Assembly (NCBI GenBank): GCA_963695555.1
Contig: CAVOGR010000007.1
Location: 352,001-416,000 of the forward strand
Source: an uncultured Gemmatimonadales bacterium
GTDB lineage: Bacteria > Gemmatimonadota > Gemmatimonadetes > Gemmatimonadales > GWC2-71-9
Length of the DNA stretch: 64,000 nt
Direction: 5' to 3'
Shown here: positions 11,091 to 19,929 of the stretch, piece after piece
How positions within the stretch are numbered: position 1 is the first letter of the stretch
Layout: every line of letters begins with the position of its first letter
Position numbers and translations under genes: made by a program
Notes under the pieces: model-generated
The model's database searches: none
The model's input: the letters and a program-made list of their open reading frames with translations, nothing else
What the model was told of the DNA's origin: nothing

Positions 11091-11122
11091 AAACGAGGCG
11101 GCCTGACCTGGCCGCCTCGTTT
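11091..11122. terminator. Bidirectional rho-independent terminator between convergent uvrA and nirS
   Basis: AAACGAGGCGGCC-tgacct-GGCCGCCTCGTTT perfect inverted repeat. Confidence 0.8.
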
Positions 11123-11156
11123 GACTTCTCCGCCCTCCAGGCAGCAGCGAGACCTG

Positions 11157-13127
11157 CTAGTAGATGTCCTCCGCCGTGTTGTGGACGTTGAACTTCCCGG
11201 TGGGCGTTACCAACCAGTCGCCCTTGATCCGTCGCTTTTCCTTCAGGGTCTTATCGTCATACACCACGATCTCGCCGGCCCGGTCCCAGACGGACACCCA
11301 CACCTCGGTCCCTGCCCGGTTGAATTCGAAGTGGGTCGCGGTGCCGTGATCGGCCACGGACCAGCAACGATCGACCACGCCCTTTTGCTTGGAGTAGACG
11401 CACACCTTGCGGGCGGCTTCGGGATCGTTGTTGAGCGGCATGTCGAACCACACCCACGGTGAGTTCGCGTGGGTCTTGAGGAACAGGCTGCCGGTGCCGT
11501 CAAGCGGAACCTGCCGCACCACCTTCCAGGCGTGCTCCGGGTGATTCGCGGGATCGGCGCCGTACACCGCCAGGAGGCCCTGGCCGATGTGCGTCGTGCC
11601 GTTGACCCAGCCGTACTCCGGATCCTGCCAGTTGGCGCCCCGGCCCGGGTGGGGTTTGATGCCGGTCTCGAAGGTGGTCACCAGCTTCTGCTCCTGGACG
11701 TCGATGACCGCCATCTTGTTTTCCATGTTGGCCGCGACCAGGAAATACCGACCGGTGTGGTCCCAGCCGCCGTCATGGAGGAACCGCTCGGCGGGAATGC
11801 GCGACACCACCGGAAAACCCTGCTTCGAGTAATCGACGATGGCCACGTGCCCCGATTCCTTGAGCGCCACGACCCACACCGGATCGGTATGGGACGCGAT
11901 GATGGCCGCCACCCGGACCTCCGCGAGCGGTTCATCGGTGCGGATCGCGTTCCCTTCGACACCGGTGACGGACAGCGGCTCGAGGGTCAGTCCATCGTAG
12001 ACAACGAATTGAGTCGGCCAATAGCAGCCTTCGATCAAGTACCGGTCCTCGTACCCCTTGTACTTGCTGCCTTCGACGCTCCGCGCATCGATGCACCCCT
12101 GCGCCTGGGCGACCAGCGAGGGCTCCTTGCTCCAGAGATCGATCAGCGTCACACGGCCATCGCGCCCGACCGCATAGAAATACCGGCCGGTGGACGAGGA
12201 GCGCAGGATGTGCACCGCGAAGCCGGTGTTGATCACCGACACCAGTTCGTAGGTGTCGCCGTCGAGGATGGCGACCTTTCCGGCGTCACGCAGGATCACG
12301 CCGAAGAAGTTCTCCCAGTTGCGCTTGGTCTGGGGTGAGGTTGGCCGGTCCTTGACCGGAATGCGCAGCTCCCAACTGTTCCGGATTTCCGACAGCGGCT
12401 TGGCCGGCGGCGCCGGCGGCTCGAGCTGCACGTACTTGGCCATCAGTTCGATTTCTTCGGCCGAGAGCACACCCGACAATCCCCAGGCAGGCATCCCGCC
12501 TGGCGTGCCGCTCGTGAGGATGGCCTTGAGCGCCGAGGTGCCAATCTGAGTGGTGCGCGCAGGCTGGATGTTCGGGCCGGTGGCCCCGGCGCGCAGCGTG
12601 CCGTGGCAGCCGGCGCAGCGGTCGAAGAAGATGCGTTGGCCCTGCTTGAACTCGGCCTCCGACAGCTCGACCGGGCCGGTATCCTCAACCTCACGGCCCT
12701 CAACTTCTCCCATGCTCACGAGCTGGATGTACTCCAGCACCTGACCGATCTCGTCGCGCGACAAATTTGGCGGAGACATCGGGACCTTCCATTCCGCCAA
12801 GAGGGCTTTGCCGATGGAATCGTCTTTCGCCATGCCGAGCGGGTCCTCCATCCAGCGGACCAGCCACTCGCCGGTTCGCCGCTCATGCACGTTCTTCAGG
12901 TCCGGTCCCACCCGAGGTCCTTCACCGATCGAGTGACAGGCGAAGCACGAACGGTCGAAGATGGCCTGGCCCGGGTGGGTCGAGGCGATCTTGCCCTCGG
13001 GGAGGACCAACGCCTGGTCCTGGGCTGCGCGATCCGACTTGCACCCTGACATGGAGACGAGCGCCGCGAGTGCGACGCACACCGAGACCGGCAGGAGCCT
13101 TGGGAAGTACCGTGTTCCAGCGTGCAT
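11157..13127 (-). CDS. nirS: Cytochrome cd1 nitrite reductase; lipoprotein with an extra N-terminal cytochrome c domain
   Basis: CAGCH..GATG c-domain; d1-domain His motifs VHILR, LHDGGWD and PHPGRG; C-terminal TPTGKFNVHNT..DIY; extra CFACH domain; lipobox MSGC; GGAGG SD. Confidence 0.93.
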   Translation of the reverse strand: MHAGTRYFPRLLPVSVCVALAALVSMSGCKSDRAAQDQALVLPEGKIASTHPGQAIFDRSCFACHSIGEGPRVGPDLKNVHERRTGEWLVRWMEDPLGMAKDDSIGKALLAEWKVPMSPPNLSRDEIGQVLEYIQLVSMGEVEGREVEDTGPVELSEAEFKQGQRIFFDRCAGCHGTLRAGATGPNIQPARTTQIGTSALKAILTSGTPGGMPAWGLSGVLSAEEIELMAKYVQLEPPAPPAKPLSEIRNSWELRIPVKDRPTSPQTKRNWENFFGVILRDAGKVAILDGDTYELVSVINTGFAVHILRSSSTGRYFYAVGRDGRVTLIDLWSKEPSLVAQAQGCIDARSVEGSKYKGYEDRYLIEGCYWPTQFVVYDGLTLEPLSVTGVEGNAIRTDEPLAEVRVAAIIASHTDPVWVVALKESGHVAIVDYSKQGFPVVSRIPAERFLHDGGWDHTGRYFLVAANMENKMAVIDVQEQKLVTTFETGIKPHPGRGANWQDPEYGWVNGTTHIGQGLLAVYGADPANHPEHAWKVVRQVPLDGTGSLFLKTHANSPWVWFDMPLNNDPEAARKVCVYSKQKGVVDRCWSVADHGTATHFEFNRAGTEVWVSVWDRAGEIVVYDDKTLKEKRRIKGDWLVTPTGKFNVHNTAEDIY

Positions 13128-13180
13128 ATGTCGAACCTCCGAGGTGGTTGACCTCCCGCAGGAGGCCTGCGATGCAGTTC

Positions 13181-15337
13181 CTAGAAACCGAACGACCAGG
13201 CAAACGTGATGCTCCGCTTCGGCTCCGGCCGGAAGAACCCAACGTTGGGCGCTTCGGCGTAGAGCGTGTTGGTCAGATTGGTCACCGAGACGGCGAGTTG
13301 CTGACGGCCCAGCGACAACCCTCCATGCAGGCCGTGCACGGTAAATGACGGGATGACATCACCGACCGGGCTGGCTGCTAACTCGACGTCGTCGCGCCGT
13401 CCGTTGTGCCGAACGGCATACTCGACCCAGTATCGCCCATCCGGGCGGGCATAGCGCACCGTCGCGGTGAGTTTGCTCGAGTAGCCGTCGCCCAACGGCA
13501 CGTTCGGGTCGCCGACCGTCCGGGGGGACAAGTGGGAGTAGCCTGTCCCGAGCGTCACACGATCGCCCAATCGCACGGTCGCCGCCAACTCGATGCCGGT
13601 GATGCGCAGCTGGTCGATATTGATGTTCTGGAACTCGGTGACCCCGTTTACTTGATTGCCCGTCGGTGTGATCCGGATGGCGTCGTGCACCGTATTCCGG
13701 AAGACGAATCCCTCCACATACACCGGTCCGGATCGGAACCGCAGTCCGACTTCGGTGTTGAGGCTGGTTTCGGCATCGAGATCGAGGTTTCGTATCCAGA
13801 ACCCTCGGCCTTCCGGTGATGGACCGTTGAAGAAGCGCTCGACCAGATTGGGCGACCGGAAGGCGCGACCCACGGTAGCCACCACGCTCAGCTCAGCCGT
13901 CGCCCGGTAGAGCACGCTCGCCGAGCCCACCACGTTTCGATCGGTGTCGACGAACAGCGGATCGGTCAGACCCGGTGTCGTCCGTGTCGAGGCCCGCACG
14001 TCCTGGTACCGGCCGCCGACGATCAGGTCGGCCCGAGGGCTCAGGCTCACGGCCAGCTGAACGAAACCGCCGAGGCTCCGGAAGGTCGCGTCCGGGAGCC
14101 GCGGCGTGCCGCGGATGGTCGGACTCGGTGGCCCGGTCCCGAGGACCGTGGTGATGGTGGTGTCGGTGTTGCGCGAATTGTCTCGATAGAGATCGACCCC
14201 GTAGGTCACCAGATGGCGGCCGCCGACCAGCTTCTTGAACTCGGCGCGGAATCCGTAGGTCGCGATGTCCGTGAAGTTCCGGCTTTGGATGCTGACGCCG
14301 GCCCCGGCCGGGGCCGGCTGGGGGAAGGGCGAGAACACATTGGTATGGAACTCACGCTCGTTGTCTTGCAGGTATGCCGAGACCTCGAGACCGTCGAACG
14401 GCCCGACCCCAAGGTCGGCGCCTCGGTACCCGGCCGTGTAGCGCTCGAATCGTTGCGACGGGAAGAGCAGCTGAACCGTGGAGAGACCTGCCCCCAAGAC
14501 GCTGGGATCAACCAAGCCGAACCCCGCCTTCTCAGCCCGATAGCGATCGTACTTGGCAAAGACATCGTGTCGGGACGAGAGCCGATAGGCGACGGAGCCG
14601 CTCACGGAATAGTCTTCGACCCCGGTATCCTGGACCCGGGTGTTACCCGCCAGGGCCACGAGGCCGAACCGGCCGCCTGGCGCCTCGTACGGATCCGCCG
14701 TTCGATAGCTGCCGGTAAGGCGGAACGACACCGGGCCCGACCCGCCAAACAGGGTCGCGGCGGGCCGGCTCTGATTGTCGACCGTGCTGTACCGGTAGGA
14801 GACCTTCCCGTGAACCACCGTGCCGCGCGCCGCCAGGGGCGGGCCGCGGGTGATGAGGTTGATCACTCCCCCGATGGCGTCGGACCCATAGAGCACGGAG
14901 GACGCCCCCCGAACGATCTCGATCCGGTCCAGGGTGGATACGTCCACCAGCGCGGGGATCTCACCGGAGTCCTGGCGGCGACGCGAGTTGTTCAGCCTGA
15001 GCCCATCCTCCAACACGAGAATGCGCTGACCTTGGAGCCCGCGAATAATCGGTTGCCGCTGGGTGGTGCCAACACCGTCCAGGTCGAGGCCGGGCACCTC
15101 GAGGAAGAGATCCGCGGCACTATTGGGCTGCCGCTCGCGGAGGAGCGCCGAGTCCAACACCGTGACCGACATCGGCGTGTCGAACCCAAGGCGCGGGTCC
15201 CGGGTCGCCGTCACATTGAGATCGCGAACGCGGTAGGCCTCGTTGATGGTCTGCGCCGGGGCGAAGCCGGGAATTGCCAGAGTCAGCATGGCCAATACCA
15301 GCAACCAGCGTCCCAACGCCACCCGGCTCGGCCGCAT
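13181..15337 (-). CDS. TonB-dependent outer-membrane receptor, heme-receptor-like
   Basis: Signal peptide, plug motif (RIEIVRGASSVLYGSDAIGGVINLIT), FRSP and NLDL..ETS loop motifs, C-terminal Phe. Confidence 0.9.
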   Translation of the reverse strand: MRPSRVALGRWLLVLAMLTLAIPGFAPAQTINEAYRVRDLNVTATRDPRLGFDTPMSVTVLDSALLRERQPNSAADLFLEVPGLDLDGVGTTQRQPIIRGLQGQRILVLEDGLRLNNSRRRQDSGEIPALVDVSTLDRIEIVRGASSVLYGSDAIGGVINLITRGPPLAARGTVVHGKVSYRYSTVDNQSRPAATLFGGSGPVSFRLTGSYRTADPYEAPGGRFGLVALAGNTRVQDTGVEDYSVSGSVAYRLSSRHDVFAKYDRYRAEKAGFGLVDPSVLGAGLSTVQLLFPSQRFERYTAGYRGADLGVGPFDGLEVSAYLQDNEREFHTNVFSPFPQPAPAGAGVSIQSRNFTDIATYGFRAEFKKLVGGRHLVTYGVDLYRDNSRNTDTTITTVLGTGPPSPTIRGTPRLPDATFRSLGGFVQLAVSLSPRADLIVGGRYQDVRASTRTTPGLTDPLFVDTDRNVVGSASVLYRATAELSVVATVGRAFRSPNLVERFFNGPSPEGRGFWIRNLDLDAETSLNTEVGLRFRSGPVYVEGFVFRNTVHDAIRITPTGNQVNGVTEFQNINIDQLRITGIELAATVRLGDRVTLGTGYSHLSPRTVGDPNVPLGDGYSSKLTATVRYARPDGRYWVEYAVRHNGRRDDVELAASPVGDVIPSFTVHGLHGGLSLGRQQLAVSVTNLTNTLYAEAPNVGFFRPEPKRSITFAWSFGF

Positions 15338-15388
15338 CGGAGTCGAGCGAGCCGAACTCGGCCCCGGCAGAGGGAATCCCGTCAACAC

Positions 15389-16582
15389 TCAGAAGGCCGC
15401 GTTCAGCATGATGTAGACCCACGTCATATTCTCGCCCAGCCGGCCGATCTCGCTGAAGGCGTCGGCGGCAAACACGTACGACAGCCCGCCGGTGAACGAC
15501 AGGTTGGGGCTGTAGCGGTAGCTGCTCGTGAGGTCGAGCTCTTCGCCCAGGTGTTTGGTGCTGAAGAGGCCCTGCTTGGCGAGGTGGAAGGAATGCAGGT
15601 CGGCCGCGAGGGTCAGGTCATCGCGTAGCGCGTACGATCCCTTGAGCGCGATGTCCTGCAGGCCGAGGCCGGCCGTGTGGGCCGGAATGTCGAGAAACAG
15701 GTCGGCGAAGCCGTAGAACTTGTGGTTGGTGGCGAACAGGGTGCTGAAGACCTTGGTCTTCCCATCGCCCGGATCGTCGTCGCCCGACAGATAGTCGTAC
15801 CAGGCGGTGACCTGCCCCTTCCCGTCGGCGAAGCGAGTGCCCGCGCGCGCACCCAGCATGAAGGCGGATACATCAACGCCGGCTCGATCGCCGGTTTGAA
15901 CGTAGAGCTCGCCGCGGTAGATGACGCCTGACCTTTCCCCGGCCAGTCGCGCCCCGAGGGTGCCTTGGTTGGTGTTGGCCAGCGTGGCCTCGACGTGGTC
16001 ATAGAGAGCGTAGAGCTCGAGCGTCCCGCCCGCGACGTTCTTGACCTCGCCGATGGCACCGATGAATGCCCCGTCATTCGGCACCGCCGGCGAGGTTGCA
16101 TCGGACAGCTGGTACCCGAATACCGTCACCCCGCCCCACCCGCTGCCGCCATAGAGGCGGACGCCGTCGAACGCGCGGCCCTGCTGGGTCCAATCGACCG
16201 CCCCGATGAGGCGCTGGCCGCCCGCGTTCATCTCTTGCCGCCCGACTCGCACCATGCGGTGCTTGTCTTTGCTGGCGAGCTCGATGAAGCCTTGATGGAG
16301 ATCGAAGTTGTCCGCCTCGAAATCGGCGAGCGTGCTCGACTCTTCGCCCCAGATTCGTACATCTTGCAACTCGACGAACACCCGGACATCGCGCTTCAGC
16401 GTGGCGTCGACGTGCGCGCGAACCCGCATGGACGTAAAGGCGTCGTCGTCACCACCCACTGGCTCTCGATACTCGGTGCGCGGACGTACTTGCGCGCCGA
16501 AGGTGGCCTCTTGAGCGACGGCGACGCTCGTGAGGCACATGGTGCAGGTCAGCGACAGGGCGAGGACGGGCTGGACTCTCAT
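15389..16582 (-). CDS. Outer-membrane beta-barrel, alginate-export (AlgE-like) family
   Basis: Signal peptide, RVGRQEM..G.QRLIG...W.Q.GRAFDG, ATNHKFYG, C-terminal Phe; GAGGA SD. Confidence 0.8.
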   Translation of the reverse strand: MRVQPVLALSLTCTMCLTSVAVAQEATFGAQVRPRTEYREPVGGDDDAFTSMRVRAHVDATLKRDVRVFVELQDVRIWGEESSTLADFEADNFDLHQGFIELASKDKHRMVRVGRQEMNAGGQRLIGAVDWTQQGRAFDGVRLYGGSGWGGVTVFGYQLSDATSPAVPNDGAFIGAIGEVKNVAGGTLELYALYDHVEATLANTNQGTLGARLAGERSGVIYRGELYVQTGDRAGVDVSAFMLGARAGTRFADGKGQVTAWYDYLSGDDDPGDGKTKVFSTLFATNHKFYGFADLFLDIPAHTAGLGLQDIALKGSYALRDDLTLAADLHSFHLAKQGLFSTKHLGEELDLTSSYRYSPNLSFTGGLSYVFAADAFSEIGRLGENMTWVYIMLNAAF

Positions 16583-16635
16583 GGCAATCCTCGAAATGGA
16601 GGCGTCGGCTCCACGGGAAAGTACCGCCAAATTCT

Positions 16636-16659
16636 AAATCGGACAAGTTTGTCATATTT
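16636..16659. promoter_or_regulatory. Candidate operator palindrome upstream of the porin-TBDR-nirS operon
   Basis: AAAT-cg-GACAA-gt-TTGTC-at-ATTT dyad in an AT-rich patch. Confidence 0.55.
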
Positions 16660-16761
16660 TGACCGGCCGTGAGTAAATCTTTCGTTAAATGACTAGGAAA
16701 GATCCTTCACGATTGACTCGAATGCCGAGTTGGCTTGTGCTGGACCCTGCGAACCACCGGG

Positions 16762-18801
16762 CTACGTGAGCAGCTGCTTCGCCTCTTCGATGGCGTGCTC
16801 CGCCCCGCTCAAGGCGAGCAGGTCACCCTCGAGGAGCGTCTCGGTGGCCTTGGGGAACACGATCCGGTCCTCGCCCCGGCAGAGCGCCACCACGGTGGCG
16901 CCCGTCATCCCACGGACATTCAACTGGGCCAGTGACTTCCCGGCCGCGGGACTCCCGGCACGGATGGTGAGTGGCGTCAAGCTGCCGAGTTCCGGCGCCA
17001 GCCGGCGTACCTCATCGAGGGCGGACGGACGCTCGCCGCTGACCTGGCGGGCCAGGGCGTGGACCACCATGCCGGCGGTGGCGCGCACGTGACCCTCGAG
17101 GTTCCGGGCCGACTGCCAGAACGCCGCCCCGAACAGCACGAGCGCGACGACCAGGACGGCGAGGCCGCCATAGGTCGGCAAGAAGGGCTGGGTAACCGCG
17201 ACCAGCGGGGCACCGACCAGGAGGATGATGAAGATCTCGAGCGTCACCAAGAGCGCCCGCCGCGGGGCGAGCCCCAGGTCCACCTTCCCTCGCTCCACCA
17301 TGGGGAAGGCGCTCGTGGCCAGAGTATGCGCCAGCGACCGGGACGACCGTACCAATCCGATGAGAAAGGGAAAGGCGAGTGCCAGGGCGGCGGCAACAAC
17401 GACGAGACGACCGATCACGACACCCATGGCAAGTGACCGGGCGAGGATCGGTAGAACGTGCGGCAGCGCCACGGACGTGCCGGCGATAATGCCGGCAATG
17501 ATGGTGGCGTCGATCAAGATGTACCCGGTCAGACGCCGGATGCGGCCCCGAGGCGTGGTGCTCCGGGGGGCATTCCGCAGGGCCTCGACCCACGAGCCGT
17601 ACAGGGTAGCGTAGGTCTGGAGTGGCTTGGGCAGCCGGCGGTCGACATAGGCGCCCGCCCTATCGGAGAAGGCAATCATCCACGGCGAGCCGAACGCGGT
17701 GAGCACCGAGACGGCCACTGCCACCGGATAGAGGAATTCGCTCGTGGCGCCACTCACGGCGCCCACCCCGGCGATGATGAATGAGAACTCGCCGATCTGA
17801 GTCAGTGTCATGCTGGTGCGGACGGAGGTCCTGGTGTCGAACCCGGCGAGGAATGCGCCGACGCTCACGCCGAGGATCTTTCCGGTCATTACTACACCGG
17901 TGAGCAGCACGACCGCGCCCCAGTTCTCGAAGATCAACCGCTGATCGATGAGCATGCCGACGGCAACGAAGAAGATGGCGGCAAACATGTCCCGCACCGG
18001 CCGGATCAATTCTGCCACCGGCCGGGACGAGCCGGACTCGGCGACGAGCGAGCCCGCGAGGAAGGCGCCGAGTGCCACGGAAAATCCAGCCGCACTCGCG
18101 AGGAGCGCGACGGCGAAGCAGAGCCCGACGCTTGCCACCAGCGTGGTTTCCGGTTTTCGAAGTCGCACGATGGCGCGCATCGCGCGTGGCACGACAAGAA
18201 TGCCCACCACCAGGAGTCCCACCAAGAACGCAACCAGGCTGCCGAGGGTGGTGGCAAGCGTGCCGGTCGAGAGCCCCGCCCCGGTCGCGACCGCGGTGAG
18301 AATCGCGATGAGGAGAATCGCCGCCAGATCCTCGACGATCAGAATGCCGAACACCAGGTCCGAATGGGAGCGCGGAACCTCGCGCTCGGCGAATACCTTG
18401 GCGATGATCATGGTACTCGAAATGGCCACGATGGCGCCGGCGAAGATGCTATCGACCGTACCCCAGCCTAGCAGCTGGCCTGCCAAATACCCCAGGGAGA
18501 GCATGAGCCCGACTTCGATCACGCCGACCAAGCCGGCCGTCGGGGCGAGCCGTGCCAACTTGTGGAGGTTGAAGTCGAGCCCGAGCGAGAACATGAGGAG
18601 GATGACCCCGAGCTCCGCCAGGGTCCGGATGCTCTGGGGATCGCCGACCAGCGTGGTGGGCGAATGCGGCCCGATGACTAGACCGGCCAGCAGGTAGCCC
18701 AGGACCACCGGCAGCTTGAGCCGGTGGAACACCACCGTAATGATGGCGGCCACGCCGAGGACTGCGGTGAGATCGCCGAGAAAAGCCGGCAGGTGTTCCA
18801 T
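16762..18801 (-). CDS. CPA2 cation:proton antiporter with C-terminal TrkA-C/RCK domain
   Basis: LAELGVILLMFSLGLDF, ILIVEDL, LGAFLAG, RDMFAAIFF and QIGEFSFI motifs. Confidence 0.92.
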   Translation of the reverse strand: MEHLPAFLGDLTAVLGVAAIITVVFHRLKLPVVLGYLLAGLVIGPHSPTTLVGDPQSIRTLAELGVILLMFSLGLDFNLHKLARLAPTAGLVGVIEVGLMLSLGYLAGQLLGWGTVDSIFAGAIVAISSTMIIAKVFAEREVPRSHSDLVFGILIVEDLAAILLIAILTAVATGAGLSTGTLATTLGSLVAFLVGLLVVGILVVPRAMRAIVRLRKPETTLVASVGLCFAVALLASAAGFSVALGAFLAGSLVAESGSSRPVAELIRPVRDMFAAIFFVAVGMLIDQRLIFENWGAVVLLTGVVMTGKILGVSVGAFLAGFDTRTSVRTSMTLTQIGEFSFIIAGVGAVSGATSEFLYPVAVAVSVLTAFGSPWMIAFSDRAGAYVDRRLPKPLQTYATLYGSWVEALRNAPRSTTPRGRIRRLTGYILIDATIIAGIIAGTSVALPHVLPILARSLAMGVVIGRLVVVAAALALAFPFLIGLVRSSRSLAHTLATSAFPMVERGKVDLGLAPRRALLVTLEIFIILLVGAPLVAVTQPFLPTYGGLAVLVVALVLFGAAFWQSARNLEGHVRATAGMVVHALARQVSGERPSALDEVRRLAPELGSLTPLTIRAGSPAAGKSLAQLNVRGMTGATVVALCRGEDRIVFPKATETLLEGDLLALSGAEHAIEEAKQLLT

Positions 18802-18898
18802 ATGATCCGTGAGCGAGAGAAAGGGGGCGCGTGGCCGACTCACCTGGGATCAAGATACCGGCATGGTTGCCGCGGCCGAAACCCGGTGAGGGCCCACC

Positions 18899-18999
18899 GT
18901 TCGGCGGTTGAGCGGGTCGGCGGTTCGGCGAAGGGTAGCGTGGTCCTTCTCGCAGCGGAATCACCTTCGTCATCGATCCGCCGAACCGCCCAGCCGCCG
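18899..18999. repeat. Inverted octamer-repeat element (GGCGGTTC-type arms) enclosing no gene
   Basis: Left arm GTTCGGCG/GTTGAGCG/GGTCGGCG/GTTCGGCG; right-arm 20-mer GCCGAACCGCCCAGCCGCCG is identical to 46583-46602. Confidence 0.7.
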
Positions 19000-19929
19000 T
19001 CAGTTCCCCCCGCCGCGAAGGGCCCGGTACGTAATCTCCGACAGCGTCGCAATCAGCTTCGACGACACGGCGTGGTCCTCGATCCCGCGCACCAGGACGA
19101 CCAGCACGTAGGGCGGCCCGCCGTCGGGGTACACGATCGCGGCGTCGTGGTCGATCGCGGTGATCCACCCGGTCTTGTGGGCTACCCGGGTACCTGCGGG
19201 CAGCCCGGCCGGAATCCCCTCGTTGAACTCCTGCTGCTCGAGAATCGCCAGCATGTCGGCGGTGGCTGACTCATCGGCAGCCCGCCCCTCAGCCAGCGCC
19301 GTGAGGATGGCGCCAAGGTCCCGAGCGGTGGTGGTGTTGCTCAGTCCCGCCCGGTAGGCCTTCAGGTCCTCGACCCCGCGCAAGACTTCGATCGAATCGG
19401 CCCCCAATTCGCGCATGGTCGCGGTTACGCGTCGGGCATCGGCAAGCTCGATCAGGATGTTGGTAGCGAGGTTGCTGGACCGCGTGATCATCAGGTCGAT
19501 CAGTTCGCGGGCCGGCACCGCCGATCCGACCTTCAGATACAGGGTCGAGTCGCTGTCGGATGCCGGGTCGATGTCATACAACGATCCGTCGGCGATCGAG
19601 CGGAAGGTCATCCCGATCGGCACGGGTTGGTCGATGTCGAAGCGCCCGGCCTCCGCGTCGCGGAACAGTTGGATCATGACGGGCACCTTCATGGTGCTCG
19701 CGGCATGCATGCGGAGGTCGGCGTTGATGAGGACGGTGGCACCGGTGGCGAGGTGTCGGAAATACACGCCAACCTCCGCGTCGCTCGCGGCGATGGGCTC
19801 CGACAGGGCTTCGGTGAGCGCTGCGGCATCGAAAGACTTGGTGACGGTACACCCCATGACGAGAGAACACAGCACCAGTGACAGTCGCGGACCGATGAGC
19901 CCGCGACATCCGGGCCGCGTCCCGTTCAA
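19000..19929 (-). CDS. Class A beta-lactamase-like serine hydrolase, probable lipoprotein
   Basis: STMK (SxxK), SSN (SxN) and HKTG motifs; lipobox-like VMGC; inferred TTG start overlaps the upstream stop. Confidence 0.85.
   Translation of the reverse strand: MNGTRPGCRGLIGPRLSLVLCSLVMGCTVTKSFDAAALTEALSEPIAASDAEVGVYFRHLATGATVLINADLRMHAASTMKVPVMIQLFRDAEAGRFDIDQPVPIGMTFRSIADGSLYDIDPASDSDSTLYLKVGSAVPARELIDLMITRSSNLATNILIELADARRVTATMRELGADSIEVLRGVEDLKAYRAGLSNTTTARDLGAILTALAEGRAADESATADMLAILEQQEFNEGIPAGLPAGTRVAHKTGWITAIDHDAAIVYPDGGPPYVLVVLVRGIEDHAVSSKLIATLSEITYRALRGGGN

Noticed and set aside
13148..13161. FNR/DNR-like box TTGACCTCCCGCAG before nirS
   Set aside because: The right half-site is poor and it lies only about 20 nt from the start codon inside an operon gap
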